In this document: positions 1 to 6,887 of the stretch, in pieces | How the letters are laid out: each line of letters opens with the position of its first letter | How positions within the stretch are numbered: the first letter of the stretch is position 1 | Assembly: GCF_002803295.2 (NCBI RefSeq) | Contig: NZ_PGGB02000003.1 | Coordinates: 210 to 32,209 of the forward strand | Direction: 5' to 3' | Length of the DNA stretch: 32,000 bases | Source: Caedibacter taeniospiralis | GTDB taxonomy: Bacteria; Pseudomonadota; Gammaproteobacteria; Francisellales; Francisellaceae | Program-made: the position numbers and the translations under genes | The notes under the pieces: model-generated | Told to the model about the DNA's origin: nothing | What the model saw: only the letters and a program-made list of their open reading frames with translations | Databases searched by the model: none

Positions 1-63
1 TCGCTTCATTGCGGCTGATATTTAGGCGAAATATTTCTCAGGCTGAGGAAAGGCGATATTTAG

Positions 64-1395
64 GTGTCATGTAGTGTGGTTAAAAACAATTGCAATAGCC
101 TACAGTATGTTGAACAGCGGGTTGACGGTATAGCTAAAACAACCAAAGAGATTTTAGCATATCAGCGCCTAATGTTAGATTATGTGGATACGGGTTATTA
201 CGCATATAATTCAAATGTTGATTATTTTATATATGAGGATAAGCCAAAACAGCAGTTATTAGGGTCTGTCAATCTTGCCCTGCATAACTATTGGAGTAAA
301 AATGAATATTTTGCCACGGCTTCCAATGTAAATATTGATATTGATCTGGCACATCGTTCATGGCACAACTGGGCTGGGACACCAAATATCACATTCGAGC
401 TATGCCCAAATAAGGCTTTTGAAATTAGCAAAGACTCGTTGTTTGATGGAGTGAATCGTGTCGTCATCTTTGGTGATAGCTTGTCTGACGAAGGCAATTT
501 GTTTGCATTAACACAAGGAGTGATACCCAGTTCACGCAATTATTACAATGGAATGTTCAGTAATGGCAATACATGGTCAGCTATTTTTAGAAATGCGTTG
601 TTACAGCATAATATCAAAGTAAGTAATTATGCCGTAGGTGGTGCAACAACTTTAAGCTATGACGATAATCTCCATTTACCCTACACTTTAACCGATGAGA
701 CTCATATGTATTATGCCAATGCGTTGTACGAAAATTGGCAGGATGCAAATTCAACTTTAGTGGTAATTTGGATTGGTGGTAATGACTATCTGACTCAGCC
801 TAACAATCTGGATGAAAAGTCACAGCAACAGCTTACAACAAATGTTGTTGATACCATAAAGGCAACGATTGAAGAGTTAGCTGCTTCGGGAGTTAAAAAA
901 TTTGTAGTATTTAATCTGCCCAATTTGTCTTATGTGCCAGCCTCAGTCAGTATAAATAAAAATACCGCTGTAACAGAAGCACTGTCAAAACAGCACAATG
1001 ATAAGCTTAAGACAATGATTGCATCACTTATTGCGACATACTCCAACGAACATGTGTTTAAGGAGATGGATATAGCTGATTTGTTTGGGCAGTTTATGGA
1101 AAAATCACAAAGGCAGCAACTTAATGGTCAATATAAACTTAAGGTAGATGTTGTCAATAAGCCATGCTATCAAGGCAATTATGCCTGGTTAAACATGGAC
1201 CTCATTAAAGCTGTATACAATGCGTACACAGAACAGGTTATTCCAGGACTGGTGAGTTTAAAGAATATAATGTATGACGCCTATAAATATTTCAATGTAT
1301 GTAATAATCCTGAGGCTTATTTTTTCTACGACCAGACCCACCCAAGCGCGCAAGTGCACGAAGTTATCTATGACAAGTTTGTTAAAAACACCTAG
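64..1395 (+). CDS. GDSL/SGNH-family lipase or acyltransferase
   Basis: 443-codon ORF limited upstream by in-frame TAG 61-63. SGNH blocks are present: VIFGDSLSDEGN, AVGGATT, IWIGGNDY and C-terminal FYDQTHPS (Asp-x-x-His). Start is uncertain (GTG 64 after GAGGAAAGG at 44-52, or ATG 172). No signal-peptide-like N-terminus. Confidence 0.8.
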   Translation: MSCSVVKNNCNSLQYVEQRVDGIAKTTKEILAYQRLMLDYVDTGYYAYNSNVDYFIYEDKPKQQLLGSVNLALHNYWSKNEYFATASNVNIDIDLAHRSWHNWAGTPNITFELCPNKAFEISKDSLFDGVNRVVIFGDSLSDEGNLFALTQGVIPSSRNYYNGMFSNGNTWSAIFRNALLQHNIKVSNYAVGGATTLSYDDNLHLPYTLTDETHMYYANALYENWQDANSTLVVIWIGGNDYLTQPNNLDEKSQQQLTTNVVDTIKATIEELAASGVKKFVVFNLPNLSYVPASVSINKNTAVTEALSKQHNDKLKTMIASLIATYSNEHVFKEMDIADLFGQFMEKSQRQQLNGQYKLKVDVVNKPCYQGNYAWLNMDLIKAVYNAYTEQVIPGLVSLKNIMYDAYKYFNVCNNPEAYFFYDQTHPSAQVHEVIYDKFVKNT

Positions 1396-1465
1396 GAACT
1401 CGGCAGTTCTGATGTAGACAACATGCCGACTGAACTGTGCTAGAAAAGCCTTTAAGATTTTACGA

Positions 1466-1500
1466 AACAAAAAAGCCGCACAGATGGCGGCTTATATTTT
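1466..1500. terminator. Candidate bidirectional intrinsic terminator between convergent GDSL gene and rplI
   Basis: Stem AGCCGC (1474-1479) / GCGGCT (1487-1492) with a 7-nt loop. An A-run lies upstream and a T-rich tract downstream. Confidence 0.55.
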
Positions 1501-1516
1501 TAGAGCTAATTAAGAC

Positions 1517-1963
1517 TTATTCAGCAATAACGACTAACTTGATTTGAGCATCGACATCCGAGTGCAAATGAACAGATAATTCATATTCACCCAATGAACG
1601 AATGGTCCCTTCTGGCATGCGCACGTGACGTTTCTCAACTTCAACGCCAGCTGCAGCAATGACGTCCGCCACTTCTTTAGTCCCAACGGAACCAAACAGC
1701 TTGCCACCATCACCTGCTGCGGCAATGATTTTAAATACCTGACCAGAAATTTTCTCTGCCTTTACCTTAGCACTTGCTAAACGCGCAGCTTCTAGCTGAT
1801 GCAACTCTGCTTTCTGTTTTTCAAAAGCAGCAATGTTAGCTTCTGTTGCCTGAACCGCTTTCCCAAAGGGCACTAGATAGTTACGCGCATAGCCTGGTTT
1901 TACGTTAACAACATCCCCCAGTGAGCCCAGGTTTTCTACTTTCTGTTTTAATATAACTTGCAT
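1517..1963 (-). CDS. rplI: 50S ribosomal protein L9
   Basis: [36 protein letters not shown] is a typical L9 N-terminus. ATG 1963 is preceded by AAGAGG. The two extra codons in the ORF track begin at a TTG. Confidence 0.95.
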   Translation of the reverse strand: MQVILKQKVENLGSLGDVVNVKPGYARNYLVPFGKAVQATEANIAAFEKQKAELHQLEAARLASAKVKAEKISGQVFKIIAAAGDGGKLFGSVGTKEVADVIAAAGVEVEKRHVRMPEGTIRSLGEYELSVHLHSDVDAQIKLVVIAE

Positions 1964-1987
1964 TATCAAAGACCTCTTAACCTATGA

Positions 1988-2215
1988 TTAGTTGAAGTGA
2001 CGATCACAGTAAGGGATCAACGCTAAAAATCTTGCTCTTTTGATAGCATTAGCAAGCTGACGCTGATACTTAGTTGAAGTACCTGTGATACGACTTGGAA
2101 CGATCTTACCTGTTTCAGTAATGTAACCCTTCAACATGTTTAGATCTTTATAATCAATCTCTTTAACGCCTTCAACGGTAAAACGGCACACCTTACGACG
2201 ACGATTTGGACGCAT
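1988..2215 (-). CDS. rpsR: 30S ribosomal protein S18
   Basis: [24 protein letters not shown]...IVPSRITG...[20 protein letters not shown] matches the S18 pattern. ATG 2215 lies 6 nt after AGGAG, giving 75 aa. The longer ORF-track start would overlap the rpsF stop. Confidence 0.9.
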   Translation of the reverse strand: MRPNRRRKVCRFTVEGVKEIDYKDLNMLKGYITETGKIVPSRITGTSTKYQRQLANAIKRARFLALIPYCDRHFN

Positions 2216-2225
2216 ACTCATCTCC

Positions 2226-2582
2226 TTACTCAGCTTCACTTATTTCTTTAACTTCTTTCTTCTCATCCTTTACCATCATGATTGAAGGCTCAGTGATTGC
2301 ATCATTGGTGTTAAGCACCAAACGACGAAGAATTGCATCATTGTATCTGAATGATTCGTTTAGCTCATCTAGTGCATCTGTACCACACTCAATATTCATT
2401 AAGATGTAATGGGCCTTGTGAAGCTTCGCGATTGGGTAAGCAAGCTGACGACGTCCCCAGTCTTCCAGTCGATGAATCTTACCGCCTCTGGATTCAACGA
2501 TTTCACGGTATTTTTGTAGCATGTTTGGTAACTGATCGCTTTGATCAGGATGAACCATGAACACGATTTCATAATGTTTCAT
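2226..2582 (-). CDS. rpsF: 30S ribosomal protein S6
   Basis: [17 protein letters not shown]...[14 protein letters not shown] is a typical S6 sequence with an acidic C-terminal tail. It sits upstream of rpsR-rplI. Confidence 0.95.
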   Translation of the reverse strand: MKHYEIVFMVHPDQSDQLPNMLQKYREIVESRGGKIHRLEDWGRRQLAYPIAKLHKAHYILMNIECGTDALDELNESFRYNDAILRRLVLNTNDAITEPSIMMVKDEKKEVKEISEAE

Positions 2583-2666
2583 ATTTTACTCCTTTCGGTT
2601 TATCGTATTTACTCTCGATAAGCTATTACCACCCTTGCGAGTTAAGCAATAGCAAAGAGCCGCGCT

Positions 2667-2695
2667 ATTGTCACAGTTCAGCACCCAAAACTCAA
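2667..2695 (-). promoter_or_regulatory. Possible sigma70 promoter of the rpsF-rpsR-rplI operon
   Basis: On the minus strand: TTGAGT (2695-2690), 17 nt, GACAAT (2672-2667). A 7-bp hairpin follows (CAATAGC...GCTATTG) in the leader. Weak -10. Confidence 0.25.
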
Positions 2696-2711
2696 GCGCT
2701 AATTCAGGACA

Positions 2712-2743
2712 CAAACAAAAAAGGCTTCACATGGAAGCCTTTT
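2712..2743 (-). terminator. Intrinsic terminator downstream of tRNA-Val
   Basis: Minus-strand RNA reads AAAAGGCUUC-CAUGU-GAAGCCUUUUUUGUUUGU: an 8-10 bp stem followed by a U-run, starting 8 nt after the tRNA 3' end. Confidence 0.65.
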
Positions 2744-2750
2744 AAATCTC

Positions 2751-2826
2751 TGGTGGGTGCTGAGGGGATCGAACCCCCGACCCTCGCCTTGTAAGGGCGA
2801 TGCTCTCCCAGCTGAGCTAAGCACCC
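2751..2826 (-). tRNA. tRNA-Val (anticodon UAC)
   Basis: Reverse complement is GGGTGCTTAGCTCAGCTGGGAGAGCATCGCCCTTACAAGGCGAGGGTCGGGGGTTCGATCCCCTCAGCACCCACCA. It folds as a 76-nt cloverleaf with anticodon loop CTTACAA, T-loop TTCGATC and encoded CCA. It closely resembles E. coli tRNA-Val(UAC) as recalled. Confidence 0.95.
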
Positions 2827-2840
2827 GAGAACGAAGACAG

Positions 2841-2868
2841 ATTATATGGTTTAAAAAATCAAAGTCAA
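2841..2868 (-). promoter_or_regulatory. Near-consensus sigma70 promoter for tRNA-Val
   Basis: Minus strand: TTGACT (2868-2863), 16 nt, TATAAT (2846-2841). The -10 ends 14 nt before the mature tRNA 5' end. Confidence 0.55.
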
Positions 2869-2895
2869 CGCCTAAAATTGTTATTTTTAAATTTT

Positions 2896-3108
2896 TTAAT
2901 ATTCCTGCTCAGCCCTGATTTCTGCTTTGCTTATTTTGCCACCAGCAATCTCGCGTAAAGCGACAACTGTAGTCTTGTCATTATCCCAATCAACACGAGG
3001 CTCTTTCCCGCTTAAGCTTAAAAATCTTGCTCTTTTGGCCGCCAAAACGATTAATTCAAAGCGACTATCAATTTTTTCTAAGCAATCTTCTACCGTTACA
3101 CGTGCCAT
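2896..3108 (-). CDS. rpoZ: DNA-directed RNA polymerase subunit omega
   Basis: [30 protein letters not shown] is a typical RpoZ N-terminus. 70 aa. Confidence 0.9.
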   Translation of the reverse strand: MARVTVEDCLEKIDSRFELIVLAAKRARFLSLSGKEPRVDWDNDKTTVVALREIAGGKISKAEIRAEQEY

Positions 3109-3212
3109 AAATATTCTCCTAGGTTCAAAAGCTGCTCGATTCTATAGAAATTTTGGAATTTTGCCAAGCTATGGTTGTTAAATCTTCTGGCAAATAGTTA
3201 AAACGAGTTAAG

Positions 3213-4181
3213 TCACCGACTTTCATCAATAATTGTCTTTAACATCTTGATATGTAAATCACTGTCATTTAGGCAGGGAATGACCCTATATTCTTTACCA
3301 CCTGCATTCATAAAGGTTTCACGTTCGGTTTCGGCTAATTCCTCCAGAGTTTCCAGACAGTCAACGGCAAACCCTGGTGCCATAATGAGCACATTTTTCT
3401 TACCTTCTTTAGGTAAGTTTGCCAAAACATCTGTTGTATAAGGTTTCAGCCACTCTTTAGGACCAAAGCGTGATTGAAAAGATAAACTCACTTCAATCTT
3501 GATATCAATAAGCGCCTGCATCAATAATTCATAAGTCGATTGGCAATGCTGCCGATAAGGATCACCCTTTTGTACACATTCCAAAGGAATACCATGAAAT
3601 GATAGTAAAAGCACATCTGGTTTAAAATGAATGGTTGTTAGATAACTCAAAACACTTTGCTTTAACGCCTCGATATAAGCACCATGTTGATAGTAAGGTG
3701 CAATACCCGTAATATTGGGTTGATAGCGCATACCCTGCAATACGCGAAATATTTCATCAAAAACTGAAGCTGTTGTCGTTGCGGAATATTGCGGATAAAG
3801 CGGGAAAGCTATGATTTCTGTTATTCCCTGTTTCACAAGAGAATGAAGTTTATACTCGATGTTTGGTTTACCATAGCGCATGGCAAAATCAATCAGTGTA
3901 TTACCCTCCATGACTTCCGCTAATTTCTGTGCCTGCATTTGCGTATAGTGCATAAGTGGCGAGTTATTTTTAGCTTTTAACCACACCTTCTCATATAGTT
4001 TTGCTGTTTTGGGAGAGCGAAATGGCAAAATAAACAAGCGCAAAATAGGCTGCCAGATCAAAGGCGATGCCTCGATCACTCGCCGATCGGATAAAAATTC
4101 TTTTAAGTAACGACGCACATCTTTTACTTGATATGATTCTGGGGTTCCCAAATTAATAAGCAAAATGGCTTTTTTATTCAT
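3213..4181 (-). CDS. hemH: Ferrochelatase
   Basis: MNKKAILLINLGTPES...VRRYLKEFLSDRRVIE...FPLYPQYSATTT...SFHGIP are ferrochelatase signatures. ATG 4181 lies 8 nt after GGAAGG. The ORF-track start 24 nt upstream is less likely. Confidence 0.9.
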   Translation of the reverse strand: MNKKAILLINLGTPESYQVKDVRRYLKEFLSDRRVIEASPLIWQPILRLFILPFRSPKTAKLYEKVWLKAKNNSPLMHYTQMQAQKLAEVMEGNTLIDFAMRYGKPNIEYKLHSLVKQGITEIIAFPLYPQYSATTTASVFDEIFRVLQGMRYQPNITGIAPYYQHGAYIEALKQSVLSYLTTIHFKPDVLLLSFHGIPLECVQKGDPYRQHCQSTYELLMQALIDIKIEVSLSFQSRFGPKEWLKPYTTDVLANLPKEGKKNVLIMAPGFAVDCLETLEELAETERETFMNAGGKEYRVIPCLNDSDLHIKMLKTIIDESR

Positions 4182-4226
4182 TGTTGCTGCCTTCCCTCTT
4201 TCCAAGAAAATAACTCAATATCATAC

Positions 4227-5063
4227 TCATTTCACGATACTCACACTCGAAACAATTAATTCACACTTGTATCCAGCAAACTTGCGCAAATTCATCACCC
4301 CTGTATCAAGGATAATGTATTGCCCCTTAATGCCAAGCAGAACCCCCTCAACCTGTGAATTTTTATCCAGGTTATGTGAATTGACCTTTTGTGGGTAACT
4401 TAGCACTGGATAGTGAATATTTATCTCCTTAGTATCCACAATGTCGATTGCATGCGTACCATATTCAACTTGTAGTGATTCAATAAAGTGCTGCTCTTGT
4501 AAGAGCAATTCTCTTTTAATCGCCACCAAGTCAGTGGCATCAGGGTGTTGTTTCAACATCGCCTGCCAGTTAGTTTTGTCTGACAATGTTTGTGCCAGCT
4601 CAACTTCAATCAATCCAGATAAGCGCCGCTCACTAACCTTAATAATTGGCAAGACCTGTACGGCTCCTTGGTCAATCCAACGCATGGGAATATTTTTTTC
4701 ACGCGTAATACCTACTTTTACGCCCCCTGTATTTGCCAAATACACATAATGCGGTTTAAGGCAATGTGCCTCTCCCCAAGAGCTATCACGACATGTTCCT
4801 TCGTGATAATGACACAGCTCAGGCTTAACAATACATGTATCGCATTCAGCCAGACTACGCACGCAAGGAAAACAATACCCCTGGTTAAAGCTTTTTTTGG
4901 TCAGGCGCCCACAAGCCACGCAATTGATTTGATTGAGAAATATAAGCTTGATTTTTTTACCAACCAGACCATTCATCTTGATGTCCTGCAGTTGATAGCA
5001 GGCATTGTTATCACTATCTAATGTAGTCTTCATTTTCTGCAAATGCAGCGTATATTCGCTCAT
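4227..5063 (-). CDS. DUF2797-family Cys-rich protein
   Basis: Cys-rich segment CVACGRLTKKSFNQGYCFPCVRSLAECDTCIVKPELCHYHEGTCRDSSWGEAHC is followed by HYVYLANTGGVKVGITR, as recalled for DUF2797. ATG 5063 follows AGAGGG and lies 14 nt after the queC stop. The longer ORF-track start would overlap queC. Confidence 0.7.
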   Translation of the reverse strand: MSEYTLHLQKMKTTLDSDNNACYQLQDIKMNGLVGKKIKLIFLNQINCVACGRLTKKSFNQGYCFPCVRSLAECDTCIVKPELCHYHEGTCRDSSWGEAHCLKPHYVYLANTGGVKVGITREKNIPMRWIDQGAVQVLPIIKVSERRLSGLIEVELAQTLSDKTNWQAMLKQHPDATDLVAIKRELLLQEQHFIESLQVEYGTHAIDIVDTKEINIHYPVLSYPQKVNSHNLDKNSQVEGVLLGIKGQYIILDTGVMNLRKFAGYKCELIVSSVSIVK

Positions 5064-5077
5064 TAAACCCTCTTTCC

Positions 5078-5899
5078 CTAGGCTTTTATTTTTTGATGAA
5101 ACTCGGTGATGACCTTCTTGGCATATGACTTCACCGTCTGCCAATTCACAGGACCTGACTCATCCGCATACGCCACAGGATCTTTTAATCCCAATGCCAA
5201 AAATGCCTCGATGCGCCCAATGGACGAGGCTGATTTATAATCGCTATAACTCATATGGTCATATTCAACTGGAATATAGGATGTAAAAGTCATCTTATAA
5301 ATTTCTTCGTAATTTAAATTTAGTGCTTCACAAGCATTAATACCATCACGTAAAACCACCGTCTTACTCGCATTGATATAAGGCAAATGGTAAGTCACTT
5401 TTTCGGCATCCCAATTCCCAGCAAGAAATGCCTCATAATCCTTATCGCGAAACACCTGGCGGCAATCAGGATAAGTCGCATAATCTCCACTATGAACTCC
5501 CATCGCAATAATGACAGATGTTTTTTGTGCTTCTGCTATCGATAGCGCTGCGGCTTGAATAATGGAGCTAAAAATTTTATTACGATTGGGAACAACCGTC
5601 AGGCGCATATTACTCTCATGATAATGCCCAAGCGGAACCTCTTCTCCACCACTGATCAGTGCAGAGTCTAAGAGTACTGAAAGCCCATCGATTTTAATAA
5701 TATGATGCCTGATTTTGCAGCCTTTCTTTTTAAGATAATCCGTTAAGCTTGCGGCTTTCTCCAATTCCACTCTATGCTTTTGCCCATAGTCAAACGAGAT
5801 TGCCATCACATCATATTCATCAGCCAGTAAACGTAACATCAATGAAGATGAATCCATCCCACCTGATAGCGATAATACGGCATATTTTTTCTTTTCCAT
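5078..5899 (-). CDS. queC: 7-cyano-7-deazaguanine synthase homologue (QueC family, atypical)
   Basis: PP-loop SLSGGMDSS, VVPNRN and YPDCRQVF blocks are present. 273 aa, longer than typical QueC. The usual C-terminal Cys cluster is absent (see findings). Divergent from queD-queE. Confidence 0.8.
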   Translation of the reverse strand: MEKKKYAVLSLSGGMDSSSLMLRLLADEYDVMAISFDYGQKHRVELEKAASLTDYLKKKGCKIRHHIIKIDGLSVLLDSALISGGEEVPLGHYHESNMRLTVVPNRNKIFSSIIQAAALSIAEAQKTSVIIAMGVHSGDYATYPDCRQVFRDKDYEAFLAGNWDAEKVTYHLPYINASKTVVLRDGINACEALNLNYEEIYKMTFTSYIPVEYDHMSYSDYKSASSIGRIEAFLALGLKDPVAYADESGPVNWQTVKSYAKKVITEFHQKIKA

Positions 5900-6006
5900 T
5901 AGCTTTCCTTATTGCTGAGTTCACCCGCTAATTAACTGAAGTTATACACTCTCACAAATTTTGTAGTTTAGAAAACACCCCGTCAACCTTAGGTTGCCAC
6001 CCCTTT

Positions 6007-6059
6007 TGGAAAGAGGGGAATCTAGTAACAACCTTGTCGGAAAAATTCCCCTCTTTCCA
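6007..6059. repeat. 15-bp perfect inverted repeat (hairpin) in the queC/queD intergenic region
   Basis: TGGAAAGAGGGGAAT (6007-6021) and ATTCCCCTCTTTCCA (6045-6059), separated by 23 nt. Confidence 0.85.
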
Positions 6060-6081
6060 AATAGGGGTGCCGAGTCTGCCC

Positions 6082-6099
6082 GACCACTCTGGAGTGGTC
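6082..6099. repeat. Perfect 18-bp palindrome GACCACTCTGGAGTGGTC, copy 1
   Basis: Self-complementary 18-mer. An identical copy lies at 6215-6232. Confidence 0.9.
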
Positions 6100-6179
6100 A
6101 GCCCTTGTTCAAAAATGCAAAAGTACGTAACTCCAGTGATTAACCCTTGCAATTGCTTGCAGCAACTGCAGATTTCACC

Positions 6180-6374
6180 TATACCACTCGTAAATCATTT
6201 TGCGGTGTTTACCTGACCACTCTGGAGTGGTCAGGTGTAGTTGCGAAGCAGCTTGTGAAGATTTTGGCAAGTTGAATTGCAGGGAATAGCTGAGACTATT
6301 GCCAAAGTTCAACTTGTCAAAATCACGCAAAATGCAAAGCAAGAAACTCTGTAAAATGGTTTATGAGTGGTATA
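6180..6374. repeat. ~195-bp MITE-like foldback element (long imperfect palindrome)
   Basis: Terminal inverted repeats 6180-6201 / 6353-6374 match 20 of 22. Internal pair 6260-6276 / 6308-6324 matches 16 of 17. Apex is AATAG-N6-CTATT (6285-6300). No ORF inside. The mobile-element interpretation is inference. Confidence 0.4.
6212..6235. repeat. Perfect 24-bp palindrome containing copy 2 of GACCACTCTGGAGTGGTC
   Basis: CCTGACCACTCTGGAGTGGTCAGG. The core 6215-6232 is identical to 6082-6099. Confidence 0.9.
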
Positions 6375-6407
6375 TAGTGCTCAAAAACCTTAAGCATCAT
6401 ATCACAA

Positions 6408-6887
6408 ATGATTTATCGTGTTGAAAAATATCTTGATGGCTTCTCTACCTGCTTTCGCCAATGGAACGCTACGCACTCCCATTGCCGCTTTTTGCATGGT
6501 TATGCGATCTCGTTTCGCCTGCATTTTGCCGCCAAAAGTTTAGATGAGCACAATTGGGTATGGGATTTTGGCTGGCTAAAAGACCCACAATTTCAGATTA
6601 ATGGTTTAACGACAAAAGAGTGGTTTCATTATATGTTTGATCACACCGTCGTGTTATCGGAAAAAGACCCTGCACTGAAAACCTTTCAGGATCTGGAGAA
6701 TCAAGGGCTGCTACAGCTTCGCACTTTGCCTTATTTCAGCTGTGAAGGCATTGCCGAATTTGTCTTAAACACGCTTAATCCCATGATCCAAGAGCATAGC
6801 AACCATCGCGTGAGTCTGTTTCGCGTTGATGTAATGGAAAACAACAAGAATCTGGGTGGCGTTGAAATTGACCACGAATTTGCCTGA
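6408..6887 (+). CDS. queD: 6-carboxy-5,6,7,8-tetrahydropterin synthase homologue (QueD/PTPS family, atypical motif)
   Basis: 159 aa with HSHCRFLHGYAISFRLHF...WVWDFGWLK...MFDHTVVL, resembling the QueD C-x3-HGH / DF..LK / DH core. Directly followed by queE. No clear SD before ATG 6408. Confidence 0.7.
   Translation: MIYRVEKYLDGFSTCFRQWNATHSHCRFLHGYAISFRLHFAAKSLDEHNWVWDFGWLKDPQFQINGLTTKEWFHYMFDHTVVLSEKDPALKTFQDLENQGLLQLRTLPYFSCEGIAEFVLNTLNPMIQEHSNHRVSLFRVDVMENNKNLGGVEIDHEFA

Noticed and set aside
17-64. 10-bp direct repeat GATATTTAGG (17-26, 55-64) and palindrome GAAATATTTC (28-37) upstream of the GDSL gene
   Set aside because: Short and AT-rich, at the window edge with upstream context missing. 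Could be promoter or operator elements, but the evidence is too weak to call.
1988-2582. Absence of priB between rpsF and rpsR
   Set aside because: The E. coli-type rpsF-priB-rpsR order is not universal, and many gammaproteobacteria lack priB here. Ordinary.
5952-6216. 60-66-aa ORFs on both strands in the queC/queD intergenic region
   Set aside because: They run through hairpins and palindromes, lack SD sequences, and overlap each other. Most likely non-coding.
6000-6300. RsmY/RsmZ-like CsrA-sponge sRNA (GGA motifs in hairpin loops, e.g. GACCAC-UCUGGA-GUGGUC)
   Set aside because: Only about five GGA triplets occur in ~280 nt, close to random expectation for this composition. No LetA/GacA-type upstream box was seen and no terminator.
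5900-6407. preQ1 riboswitch upstream of queC or queD
   Set aside because: By eye I cannot fit the compact preQ1-I consensus (5-bp P1, ~12-nt loop, A-rich tail with pseudoknot) on either strand. There is only a loose local resemblance. Left as a cmsearch suggestion, not a call.
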